A stretch of 64,000 bases of DNA. Origin: Octopus sinensis. Taxonomy: Eukaryota. This document shows positions 15,593-27,782 of this stretch, piece by piece (within the stretch, counting starts at the first letter, position 1; every line of letters starts with the position of its first letter). Under the pieces are notes generated by a model. That model had not been told where the DNA came from. It saw nothing but the letters and a program-made list of their open reading frames with translations, and did no database searches. The stretch covers positions 72,044,001 to 72,108,000 of the forward strand of contig NC_042997.1 in the NCBI RefSeq assembly GCF_006345805.1. Direction: 5' to 3'. The position numbers were made by a program, and so were the translations under genes.

Positions 15593-15624
<32 letters not shown>

Positions 15625-15651
15625 CATACATACATATATATATATAACGAA

Positions 15652-17789
15652 ATGAAGGAAGACATTACAGAATTTTGTAGAAAATTGCGACTTAGTGAGG
15701 AACTATTCGACCAGCACAATGAGGATGAGTCACTAGCTAGAAATAAAAGCAACTACACCCCACCAAAAGGTAGAAATAAAATCCTAGACGAATTCTGTGA
15801 GCACATTACAAACTTCCCCTACCAACACTTACACAAACCAAAACCCAAACCAAACCTCAACAAGAAAGAGTGGGAAGAATTAAACAAATTAAAAAATGAA
15901 AGATCTATCACCATTAAAGAGGCCGATAAAGGAAGTGCAGTAGTCTTAATGGAGACAGAATACTATATCAACTTAGCACTCTCCACCTTGGAAAATGGAA
16001 CATATTACGAAAAGGCTGAACACTACAATCAACAGAAAATTATGAGAAACTTAAAAACCCTGATCAACCCCCACAAAGAAGAACTCACTAACAAAGAATT
16101 CAACTTCATCACAAATTTCACTAGTAAAACCAGCCTCTTCTACGGTATTCCCAAAATTCATAAAAGCGAATTAATAAGTAAGGCATGCAAGGAAGCCACA
16201 AACTCTGTAATCAATGTCCCCTCACCAAATGACCACAAATTGAGACCTATAATAGCAGGTCCCGCGTGCGAAACCCACCGCCTTAGCAACTTCATTGATA
16301 CCCTTCTCAAGCCGTTCCTCAAACACATTAAAAGCTACATAAGTGACGATCTAGATATGCTTAACCACCTCCCCAATACACTTCTTGCTGAACAAACCCT
16401 GCTAGTAACATTCGATGTAGTTAATCTTTACTCCAACATCCCCCACAACCTAGGAATAGAAGCTATCCAATTCTGGCTGGATAATTACTCCAACGAACTC
16501 CCACACCGCATCAAAAAGGAATTTATTTTAGAAGGACTCAAATTCATCTTAGAGAATAATTTCTTCACCTTCAACAACAAATTCTACAGACAGAAAATCA
16601 GGGACGGCAATGGGAACGAAGACAGCTCCCACTTACGCCAACCTAGTCATGGGATACCTGGAAATCACCCTCTATAATAACGTTCTTAACCACTCTCCAC
16701 ACACACATAGAGAAGAACTGGAAGAGATATCTTGATGACTGCTTCATCCTTTGGCCCGAAACCGTCGAGAAGCTTAAAGAATTTCACACCCTTATAAATG
16801 GGCTCAACACAAACATTATTTTCACAATGGAATACAGCCCTCAACAAATTCCCTTCCTCGACATCCTCATTAAAATTCACAACAAAAAAATAGAAACAGA
16901 CATATACTACAAGCCCACAGACTCCAAGCAATACCTCCCTTTCAATTCATGCCACTCTAGACACGTTAAAATTAACATTCCCTACAACTTAGCCAAGAGA
17001 ATTTGCACTATAGTCTCCAATAAAAACACCCGTCTCTTACGTCTACAAGAACTCAAGGGCACATTAACAAGCAGGGATTACCCCACGTCACTAATTGACA
17101 ATGGGATCCAACGCGCCCTAAAACTCAGCACACAGGAACTTAGACGCCCTAAACCTGTTACATCGAAACCCCATACTCTACCATACATCTCTACACACAG
17201 CCCCCTCAACAATGAAGCTTTTGACACCATCCTCCAGAACATTCCTGTATTAAAAAAGGACCACAGAATGAACCAAATCCTCCTAACACACGAAATCATA
17301 AAGAGCAAAAGGCAACCCAAATCATTGAAAACCATCCTAACAAATGCCAAAGTACTGCCAACCACAGCAACTAAACCCACAGTAAACAAATGCAATAGAC
17401 CCAACTGTGGTATATGCATCAACCTAATAGAAGGTCCGGAATTCCTTTTTAAACAAGGACAACGTTTCACAGTAAAACACAACTTCACATGCGCATCAGA
17501 AAACCTAGTATATGTCTTAACTTGCTCGGGCTGTAATGAACACTACATAGGCCAAACTAAAAATAGCCTCCGCCAACGCATGACTGTCCGCAGATCCCAA
17601 ATAAAAATACAGGAATACAGAAAAATAGCACTTAGTGCACATATTGATACCTGTGCCGCACAACTCCATCCCAATTTTAGAATCTTTCCCCTCTACAAAT
17701 TTAAAGACAATGCCACTCATACCCAGCGAATAACCATGGAATCCCACCTTATTAATAAATACAGACCACTTCTAAACACATCCCCCTAA
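15652..17789 (+). pseudogene. PLE reverse transcriptase + GIY-YIG endonuclease (two frameshifts)
   Basis: Motifs KEADKGSAVV, FYGIPKIHK, LRPIIAG, TFDVVNLYSNIPH, GTAMGTKTAPTYANLVMG (frame shifted near 16597), WKRYLDDCF (YLDD 16728-16739), IPFLDI, CNRPNCGIC linker and VYVLTCSGCNEHYIGQT. Confidence 0.93.
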
Positions 17790-18652
17790 CACGAACCCAC
17801 AACAAACACACTTACACCTGCACACACCCTACACACACCTTTACCCAGATATTAACACCATGACACACGCAAATATATGGTTCCACACATACACATAATT
17901 GAATACGGGTGCAAAATATCCAACACTATTTTTTGGAAATGTCTGTAAATATTGACTTCACACAAACACGTTGCTTCCCGATACAGGCACAAGGCCAGCA
18001 GAACTATAAATATTGAAAATTGTACCCACACACGCACACATATATACACGCGCGCGCGCCCCAACATATATATAAACCACACACACACACACACACACAT
18101 ACACACACACGCGCGCGCGCGCACACACACATACATACATACAGCTCTTCCTGTCCTAAACGAACTTACTTATCCAGCTCAAATTCAGTCAAGCGGAAAA
18201 TACACTCCCTAACTACGCGCTGAAAAGCTATTTAAAATATCCACATGACGTCTACTGACCAGCCTGAACAATAAGAATTTTCAACAACGCTATTTTCGAA
18301 AATTCTAAACATTCACGTGACCTCTCTATTATGACCACATTCACGTGACCTCTTTATTATGACCAATAAGAAATTTTAGGCGCGACACTAGCCAAATTTT
18401 AACTTCTCTGGAGCCTTTTTTCTTACCCCAACACCAACTTCCATTCAAACATTCACGTGACCCCTTCATAATGACCAATCAAAATTGTATTGACCATTGT
18501 CCACAAGAAATTTTAGGCGCGAAACCAAGCAAATCCAAAACAACTCTGGAGCCTCTTTTTTCACATATAAGAGACAGCAAACCCAACATAAAGTCAGATA
18601 AGAGGAAAAAATCTATCAGAGAAGGAACTCTAATCTCTCTTTAAAAAATATA

Positions 18653-18688
18653 TTTTGATAAGCATAACAAATGCGCAACCGGTAAAAA
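18653..18688 (+). ncRNA. Minimal type I hammerhead-like motif, U3-A8 variant
   Basis: TTGATAA (18655-61), stem II GCAT/ATGC, GCAAC in place of GAAAC, palindromic stem III ACCGGT, GTA triplet. Stem I is weak. Located in the PLE 3' end, on the sense strand. Confidence 0.5.
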
Positions 18689-18916
18689 GAACTTTCACCT
18701 AATTAAATTACTTAAATTACTTAAATTATTTTGTCAGCATTTTCTTCATTTCCTTTTTATATATCACAACTCGTGTTCCACATCTCCTTTTATATATATA
18801 TATATATAAAAAAGATGTGGAACACGAGTTGTGATATATAAAAAGGAAATGAAGAAAATGCTGACAAAATAATTTAAGTAATTTAAGTAATTAAGTAATT
18901 TAATTAGGTGAAAGTT

Positions 18917-18953
18917 CTTTTTACCGGTTGCGCATTTGTTATGCTTATCAAAA
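18917..18953 (-). ncRNA. Mirror copy of the U3-A8 hammerhead-like motif
   Basis: Identical core on the opposite arm of the palindrome. Confidence 0.5.
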
Positions 18954-18994
18954 TATTTTTTAAAGAGAGATTAGAGTTCCTTCTCTGATAGATT

Positions 18995-19052
<58 letters not shown>

Positions 19053-19056
<4 letters not shown>

Positions 19057-20260
19057 GCTGAGTAAAAAGTAAGTCACGTTTTGAAACATGAAATTCATCA
19101 CAATATATTTCAACAATGCGGAATTTTACTCATCAAAGTAAGTACCATTACAATCAACACGTTTTTGCCAACGAGTTACAAGTTTGTTTATTCCGGTAAC
19201 ATAAAAATCTGGAAGTCTGGAGCTGATGAACTCTTTGAACGTACTTTCAGCATCGGTTTGATTTTTGAACTCCTTCTCTTGGAGGAAACCACCGGGGTGC
19301 TTGAAAAAGTGACAGTCGTTAGGAGAAAGGTCTGGAGAATAAGCTGGGTGGGGAAGAACTTCGTAGCTAAGTTCCCTCAACTTCTGGAGCCTCATTAGTG
19401 AAACGTGTCATCGAGCATTGTCATGAAGAATGATTGGCCCTCTTCTGTTGACCAGTCTGGGACGGAGGAGCAGAAGTTTTTTGTTCATTTTGGCAATTTT
19501 ATAGTAATATGTTTCTGCAGTAATGGCATCACCAAACAGTCACCCATAACCTTCTTTTTAAAAAGCTCAGGTTTAGGGAAGGTTTTCGGTGCTTCATTTT
19601 GGTCCAACTACATTTGTACAGAATCCAGTTTTCATTGCAAGCTTCAATACGGTCGAGAAATGGATCGGTTACAGAGAAGTGATGAGCAAATTTCGTATCT
19701 GCACATTTTCTGATTTTCATTCAAATCGTGTGGTACCCATTTGTCGAGCCGTTTTGATTTTCCGATTACATGCAAATGGTTGCTGGCAATTTTCTGTCTA
19801 ACTTGAAGTTCTTTCGCCGGTTCTCGAGTGGTTCTACATGGATCTTTCTCAATGACGGTCTTTAATTAACCGTCATCGATGGCATATGGGCGTCCACTAC
19901 GCGCACAATCTTCAAGGCTCAGGTCTCCACTGCAAAATCGTTTAAACTATGTTCAAGATGACCACTCACTGGTCATTTCCTCACCAAACGTTTCATTGAT
20001 ATCGCGAACAGTTTCAGTCGCTTTACGTCCTTTTCTGAAGTTGAATAGCAAAATTGCTCGAATATCGAGGTTTTGACAGTTTCATTTCAGATTGTTGTAA
20101 CAACAGTGAAAAAAAATCAATGTTAATTTATTGATGCATTTGGGCAAGTCTGTGTCTGTATTATCAGACGATTGCAAAAAATGTTTAAAAGAATTCAAAA
20201 CTGCAAAAATCCGGTACAAATTCATGGTTCAAAACGTTGCTTACTTTTTACTTAACCTGA
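19053..20260 (-). mobile_element. mariner element, full length, degraded transposase
   Basis: TIRs TCAGGCTGAGTAAAAAGTAAG../..CTTACTTTTTACTTAACCTGA inside (TA)n. Transposase remnant VLPHPAYSPDLSPNDCHFF (19126-19395). Confidence 0.92.
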
Positions 20261-20266
20261 TATATA

Positions 20267-20322
<56 letters not shown>

Positions 20323-20354
20323 ATATATATTATATATATATATATATATGTATA

Positions 20355-21577
20355 CAGGGTGGCCCAAAACTCACTGAGGGTTTGCAATTTTTGATAGTTC
20401 TTTTTGATAGTTCTGGTGATTTTTGAACTACGTCCTGGAAATTAATTATGGAAAAATATGGCACCATACAACACACCCAAGTGGTGAAATTGTTCTATCA
20501 AAATCAAAGGTCAATTAATCAAACCCAGAGACCATATTGTCGGTACTTTCAAGTGAGAGTTGGAACTTAGTCGTTTTGAAAAACAAGAAGCAGTAAGTGA
20601 TCTCGCACGATCTAGGAGATCTCGCGCTGTCAGAACCCATATGGCAAGGGAATGAGTGCAAGAAAGTATTGAACAGAATCCAGACAAATCAACTCGAAGG
20701 CGGTCCAGACAGTTTGAGATTTCACGAACTTAGCTGTCAAGGTATAATTGGTTCAATGCAAAGTACAGTTGATTGAACATTTGAATCCGGAGGACTATGA
20801 AGACAAAAATTTTTACACAAAAATTGATCATGTTTGATGAAGCTCACTTTCATTTAAATAGGTTCATCAGCAGACAAAAATTGCCGGTTTTGGGGCTTTG
20901 AGAATCCGAGAGCATTATACCAAAGAGAATTTCACCCCATAAAGTGTATGGCGTGCAATTACGGCGGATGAGATAATCGGACCTTATTTCTTTAAAGACG
21001 ACGATGGGAATGCTGTCACTGTGACTGGTGAGCGATACAAGTCGATGATCGAGAACTTTTTGCGCTCGACTATTCGAAATAGGCCCGGCATGTGGTTCCA
21101 ACAACATGGGGCAATTTCTTATACGGCAAGAGACACAATACAATTGCTGAGGCAATGTTTTGGAGAAAAAATCATCTCCCGCTACTACGATGTCAACTGG
21201 CCATCACGTTTCCCAGAATTGACCAGCCCTGACTTTTTCTTGTGGAGGTACCTCAAGCAGAGGGTTAATATCCACAAACCAGAAACCCTGGAGCAATTAA
21301 AGGACAATATCACTACAGAAATCAGGGAAATGGACCCAGAAACCCTTACAGCTGTCATGGAACATATTTTGGAAAGGGTACGGATGTGTGAAGCTGAAAA
21401 TCGACGTCATTTACAAGATGTCATTTTTCATATATAATGCAGAGGTATGATGAAAAAGGACTAATGCAGATTAATCTTCATTATTTCATCTACATATGAA
21501 TAAAATTTACTACGCCTGTTTCTAGAAATAAGGGAGTTACTAAAAATTAAAACCCTCAGTGAATTTGAGACATCCTA
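20355..21577 (+). mobile_element. Tc1/mariner superfamily, DD41D (rosa/VS-like) element
   Basis: TIRs CAGGGTGGCCCAAAACTCACTGAGGG/CCCTCAGTGAATTTGAGACATCCTA. ORF 21021-21437 WFQQHG..WPSRFPELTSPDFFLW has 41 residues between the second (mutated) and third catalytic positions. Confidence 0.85.
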
Positions 21578-21852
21578 TCAATCTATCTATAGATAGATAG
21601 ATAGATAGATAGATATAATATATCTGTGTGTCTATCTATATACATATATCTATCTTTCTCTCTCTCTATATATATATATATCTGTCTCTATGTATCTAGC
21701 GATCTGTATGTATGTATATATGTATGCATACATACGCACATACATGCATACATACATACATACATACATACATACATACATACATACATGGATGCATACA
21801 TACATACATACATACATACATACATACATACATACATACATACATACATACA

Positions 21853-22995
21853 TAGAGGGTGGGCTTTAAATTTCGCAGGCTGACTATGAAGGAGTGATGC
21901 TAGAGCTGTGAAATTTTGCATTCATTAATTTCAATTAGTAATAATTGCATTGATTCGATCCATGTAAACTGGCAGCTGACTGTTCAAAGAAAAATTCAAA
22001 AGTAACTAGTAGCCTCTTCTCTTGAAAATGGACAAAAGTTGGCATCATGGTTGTTATCAAGTATCTGCAGGAGAAGAGTTTAGCCTCGCCAAGGACATCC
22101 ACTCTGATATGGTTGCTTCATTAAGAGATGACTTTCCAGTTTTATAAACTGTACAAATGTGAGCAACTGGATTTAGAAGGGGAAGGGAGAATTTTGAAGT
22201 TGACCCAACGTCTGGACGTTCTGCAACTGTCATCAGCGAGGAAAACATTGATCGTGTTCACCACATGCTGATGGATGACAGGCTATTGACAGTAAAGCAA
22301 ATAGATAATGCTATCAGTGTATCCCGTGAGATGGTTGAGAATATTCTGCACAATGAACTTGATATGACGAAGGTTTTTGTTTGGTGGGTACCATGTCTTT
22401 TGATACCTGATCAAAAGCGCACCAGGCTGATCACATCACAATAAAATCTAACATTGTTTGAGATAAATTCAGGTGGTTTCCTAACCCACTTTGGGCCAGA
22501 GACAAGACAATTCATGCAGTGGAAACACTCCTCCTCGCCTGCTCCAAAGAAGGCCAAGGTCGCTTCATCTGCAGGAAAGGGGGTGGCCTCAGCTTTTCGG
22601 GATGCAAAAGGGATTGTGTTTATTGACTACCTTGAAAAGAGACACGCTATCAGTGGAGAGTACTATGCCAACTTGCTGAGGCAGTTACGAAAGCTATCAA
22701 GACCAAACGCTCAGAATATCTAACGGAAAGGTTCTTGTTTCATTAAGACAATGCTCCAGCACGCAAGTCGTTAGTTTCATTGGCCGCTGATCGTGACTGT
22801 GGTTTTGAATTGGTTGATCAATGCCCCTCCCTCTATTCTCCTGATTTGGCCCCATCTAGTTATCATCTGTTCCCCAACATAAAAAAACACTTGGCAGTGA
22901 TGATGACGTCATATCCACTGTCGATGACTTTTTTATTTACCAGTAGGATGAAAGCTTCTTCATTAATGGGATCCAAGCACTGCAACACCAATGGA
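21853..22995 (+). mobile_element. mariner element (irritans/Himar-like), degraded, right end not found
   Basis: Fragments SGRSATVISEENIDRVH, WWVPCLL, SSAGKGVASAFRDAKGIVFIDYLEK and YSPDLAPSSYHLFP. Confidence 0.85.
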
Positions 22996-23229
22996 CAACT
23001 CGTTGCATAACAGCGTAGAATAGCAGAATGCTTTGTATGCCTGACAAAATACTGCACACTTTTTAGTTAAAGTCTTTTAAATTTTGAATTGAATTCCCGC
23101 TGAGATTAGCATAATGGCGTAGATAAAATAAGGCAACAGTAAAAATACGAGTCGATTAAGGAGGTATTGTATAAATAAATAGTAGTATATAAATTTTGTT
23201 CAGTTCTAAATTTGAGAGATAAGGAATTA

Positions 23230-23377
23230 TGTACATTATTTACATTATTTACATTTGACGATATTTGTCCTCATCTCGTTTGTTGTTAGAACTTTTCGGC
23301 TGATATACTCTCCAGCTTTCTTCAGGTGTCCTGGGGAAATTTCGAACCTGGGTTCCCATTCCTAAGGTATTTTTCGA

Positions 23378-23440
<63 letters not shown>

Positions 23441-23448
23441 CATTATTA

Positions 23449-23524
<76 letters not shown>

Positions 23525-23554
23525 CTTTCAGGTCACTGCCTGGAATCGAACTCG
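23230..23554 (-). mobile_element. SINE family C: tRNA-like head remnant + (AAT)n + hammerhead-bearing tail
   Basis: The minus strand reads CGAGTTCGATTCCAGGCAGTGACCTG (B box), (AAT)n, ..GAAAAATACCTTAGGAATG..GACACCTGAAGA..CAGCCGAAA.., ending GTCAAATGTAAATAATGTAAATAATG. The same layout occurs at 23618-24350 on the plus strand. Confidence 0.7.
23286..23330 (-). ncRNA. Degenerate type I hammerhead motif
   Basis: GACAC CTGAAGA A AGCTG GAGAGTATAT CAGCC GAAA AGTT: core and stem II recognisable, stems I and III damaged. Confidence 0.5.
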
Positions 23555-23617
23555 TAATTAAGGAAAGATAAGAAAATATTAGATTTATAAGCCCTAAAAT
23601 TTACTCCATAATTGCTC

Positions 23618-24205
23618 ATGGGCATATGGCGTGCTGTTAAGAGCGCGGGATACTAACCCCAAGATTTCGAGTTCGATTCCATGGGCATATGGCGTGCTGT
23701 TAAGAGCGCGGGATACTAACCCCAAGATTTCGAGTTCGATTCCAGGTTGTGACCTGAATAATAATAATAATAAAAATTGTACAATACCACAGATTTGCTT
23801 GTCAGTTGTTTGACGTTAACCAGTTGAGCATGTCTCTTAGTGGCTGACGATATATGCATCTCACGAGCAGAATTAGTGGGGGAAGCATCATAGCCATGTG
23901 TTGAGAGGGATTCTTTGGGGTCTGAATAGTTCACCTCTGGAAACATGGGTGTTTCATTCAGCATCTTTAAAAACCCTTATCCAGGGACTTTTGAGCAGGA
24001 TGGGTTACTCGACCAGAAGAAAATTCTAACTGGGCCTCACCTGCAATGTGCTTGATATGAGATCACTATGTCGCACACATATGGTTGCGATGCATGTGCC
24101 TAGAGTACCCTTATCAGATAGATAGTCATGATGGGTATACTGGGCTTCGTATACTTTACACCAGTGTCACTTTGATAGCAAGCACTGCTCTCACAACAAT
24201 AATAA

Positions 24206-24237
<32 letters not shown>

Positions 24238-24350
24238 ATAATAATAATAAAAACATCGAAAAATAACTTAGAAATGAGAACCCAGTATATCAGCCGAAAC
24301 AAACAAGATGAGCACACATATCCGTCAAATGTAAATAATGTAAATAATAT
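23618..24350 (+). mobile_element. SINE family C copy with duplicated head and a ~420-bp insert in its (AAT)n
   Basis: Head with A/B-box-like GGCATATGGCGT..TTAAG and GAGTTCGATTCC, present twice; (AAT)n; unclassified insert about 23775-24190; internally deleted tail at 24251-24350. Confidence 0.65.
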
Positions 24351-25944
24351 AAATTTTGTTGTATCCCAGTGTATTTAAACGAAATATAACTACACGCACG
24401 TACACACGCGCGTGTGCACACACAAACACGCATACGCACACACACACATTGACATTAAAATATTGTCATGCCAGCAAATAGAAATATGAACATTTCACAT
24501 AAGGTTCCATGTCCTTTTCAGCGTCTACGTTCGTGAGTTGACACAATTTCATTTACTATTACTAATGGTTCTCATGTTACCGAAAACGGTGTCGTTGGAT
24601 GAGCTTGTGCCAACCTCTGACATTGACATTTATTCTATTCCCTCCAGATTCGTTGTGTAAACAGATTTTGTTTCTATTACAACCAGAAGAAGCACATACT
24701 ACCAAGGAGAGATATAAACTGTCTCAACCAATTCGAAGATTTCTATTCCCACGGTTAAAATAGCAAAATAACCAAGAAAGTGTTAACATGTGGTACCCTC
24801 TACGTAGATACTATACCAACAGTGGTTAATGACTCAACATAATCACGCATCTATTTCATGAAAAATACCAATGAGAAAAGATTTTCAGATCACGTAGATG
24901 AAACAGCAATTGCGAGAGAAGAGACAGCACTCACTTTCACTGGATTCCCAAATGATCTACTGGAATATAAAGGAAACAGCTTTAAGCTGTTCAACATAAT
25001 CCAATACGGTTTTCCATTGTCACTAAATATTTTCCAGGTCATTCACACTTAATTATTTCACATTATATGCAACATTGTTACTCACAGATGTCTAGATTTA
25101 ATATCCGTAAGTTATTTGAGCTTTCAGTATTCATTGACATCAATGCGATTTTGATATCCACTCTGGAAGTTATGAATACAATTTGTGAGGCGGTCGTAAT
25201 CTCTCTCCACAATAAGTGAGCTCCGCTTAAAAAGAAAATGGGTTTTGGAAGTTAGAAATATGATCATTGGAATGGCTTCTTCGTTGTCAATTATTCAATA
25301 ACTATTTTGGAGATAATACAGATTATCCTCATTACCATTGTTATTGGTATGGTTGCACACGTGCACGTACTGTTTTTTACACTCACTCTGAACGGCTGTC
25401 GTATTACAACGAAAAGAAATGTTCTCTACTGAAGTTGATTGTGGTGAGAGCCATTCCTCCTGTTAGGCATTACACATTACAAAAATCCAAAATAGAGTAA
25501 ATAAAATTATATATAAAACTTTTGTATCATAAGTAATTTTTGTGCTCCAAAGGACACGAAAATTCAGTCATTTGGAGGTACAATTCGGCTCTTCTTTTTA
25601 CGCAGGTGTTCTTATTCAAAGTTTTAACAAAATCTCACAATAGTAGACAAATTGCTTTCAATAAACTTTAAACTTCGGGAGCCGATATAATAATGAGAGG
25701 TAATATTTATCCTCACTTAAACATGGCCATTCTGTTGGAATAAGCTATACCATGAGAGAAACTCTCATATTTGCTTTTGGTATTAATATTAATTATCATT
25801 ATTATTCTTTCCACTATTGGATGAAGGCCTAAAATTTTGACGGACAACACATGCCACTAAGTATTTTCTCCTGCATGCTTACGATTTTGCCAGTTCATCG
25901 CCTTAATAATAATAACAACAACAATAATAATATTAAGTCATAGT

Positions 25945-26787
25945 ACCTAACAACTATGAAGAAAAAGAAGAAACAACAAAAGCTGTAAAACAACTGAAAT
26001 CCAAACTATAACTGGAACAGCAACGGATCACGATAAAACTATGGCAAGAAAAGCCCCTTTATGGCAAATACTGGGTTAAACTAAACAGAAAAGAAATAGA
26101 CAAAACCAAATTCCAACAATGGCTGAGAAGCTCAGGACTAAAAGCAGAGACTGAAGATTTTTAATTACAGCGCAAGATCAAAGCCTCCCACCACCACCAC
26201 CAGAAATCACCAAAAACATGTAATGAAAAAAAAAACATACAAGTAACTGCAGAATATATGGAGATGGAGAAGAAACAATAAATCATATTATCTCTGGCTT
26301 CCCAGTCCTGGCTAAGAAGGAATATATTCACAGGCACAACAGAGTTGGGACCTATGTACACTGGAAGCTATACCAACACTATGGAATAACAATAGAAAAA
26401 AGACGGTATAGGCACACACCAGAAAAGGTCACAGAAAATGAGAACGTAGCCTTACTCTGGGATATGCCAATATACACAGAGAAATTAAGGCCAATAGACC
26501 GTATATATTTGTCAGAAATCATCAAGAAAAGAAATGCTTTCTAATCGATGTATCAGTATCAACAGATGACAATGTTTCTCTAAAAGAAGCGGAGAAACTT
26601 TCAAAATACACAGATCTGGAAATAGAGGTAACTCGAACGTGGAGCCTAAATACAGAAACAATTCCTATTATAGTAGGTGCATTAGGTATGATTAAAAAAA
26701 AAATTCAGACAAATACATAAGAAAAACACCCGGGCTTACAAGTATATATATAACATACAGAAAATAGCACTACCAGGCACCGCACAC
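25945..26787 (+). mobile_element. R4/Dong-like RLE LINE 3' fragment 1
   Basis: WQEKPLYGKY..QQWLRSSGLKAETE..AQDQSLP, RHNRVGTYVHWKL, LLWDMPIYT, IDVSVSTDDNVSLKEAEKLSKY, IPIIVGALG, KIALPGTAH. Preceded by (TAA/CAA)n. Confidence 0.85.
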
Positions 26788-27780
26788 AATAGCAAATCAA
26801 AATGCGCTTGAACAGTTGGCTGATAGGTGGGAACAAAAACCTCTGCATGACAAATATGTGGCCCGTAGCAAACAAAATGATGTAGACCAGAAGCACACAC
26901 ATCAGTGGCTACGGAGCCTAGAACTAAAAGCTGAGAGTGGAGGCTTTATCTTGGCTGCCCAAGATCGGAGCTTATTAACCCGTAACTATCAAGTCAGTGA
27001 GATGGTGTAGACTCAAAGTGTCGATACTGCAACGATCGGATAGAAACAGTCGACCACTTAATCACTGGATGTAAGGTTTTAGCACCTATAGAGTACAAAT
27101 TAAGACATGACAGACTTGGCCAATATCTACATTGGATAATGTGTCGGCATTATATAATCAAAACTGCTGACAAATGGTACAAACACCACCCTGAGGCTAT
27201 AACTGAAGGAGAAAATGTAACTATCCTTGGGGACTTCCCAGTATGTACAGATCGGAACATCAAGGCGAACAAACCAGATATTGTTGTGAAAAACAAAAGC
27301 AATACAATTTGTTTATTGGTTGACATGAGCATACCATGTGACCATAATATCTCGGCAAAAGAATTTGATAACCTCAGAAAATATAAAGATTTGCTAATCG
27401 AAATCGAAAAGATGTGGCATCTCAAGACGGTTACAATACCAGTGATTGTAGGAATACTTGGAATGATCAAAAACGAAACTTACCATCCATGCAGGAAGTG
27501 CATAAGATTGTCTTATCTGGTACACCAAACGTATTGAGAAGAGCATTGTCGCTGTAAATTTTCTTTCCTTTTCCCCCTTTATTTTATTTGCTTAATTTTT
27601 TATTTTTTATTTTTTCCTTTTTCTCTGTCTTCCCCATTTTCTCCATCACATGACTCTGTAAATGAACAATCTGGTGTGTTCGTTTTAATGGCCTACCAAT
27701 GTATATAGTACGCTTCTCTGCCCTAGGTGTCAGGAAGATACTCGGCAAGAAAAGGAAACAATTGAAAGAAGATGCTCATG
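26788..27780 (+). mobile_element. R4/Dong-like RLE LINE 3' fragment 2, with 3' UTR
   Basis: WEQKPLHDKY..WLRSLELKAESGGFILAAQDRSL, CRYCNDRIETVDHLITGC, RHDRLGQYLHW, ANKPDIVV, LVDMSIPCD, IPVIVGILG, GTPNVLRRALSL*. Followed by (ATA)n at 27783-27852. Confidence 0.88.
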
Positions 27781-27782
27781 AA

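Larger units (their letters stand above)
15647..18790 (+). mobile_element. Penelope-like element (PLE), 5'-truncated, flanked by (TA)n-rich tracts
   Basis: RT-GIY-YIG coding region, then about 1 kb of 3' UTR ending in a hammerhead-like motif and tail. Microsatellites on both sides. Confidence 0.92.
18610..18994. repeat. Near-perfect inverted repeat (about 180-bp arms) around a (TA)n spacer
   Basis: 18610-18790 is the reverse complement of 18809-18994, apart from a few small indels. Confidence 0.95.

Noticed and set aside
23618-23743. tRNA gene(s)
   Set aside because: A/B-box-like motifs are present but there is no closable acceptor stem; it continues into a SINE body, so it is treated as a SINE head.
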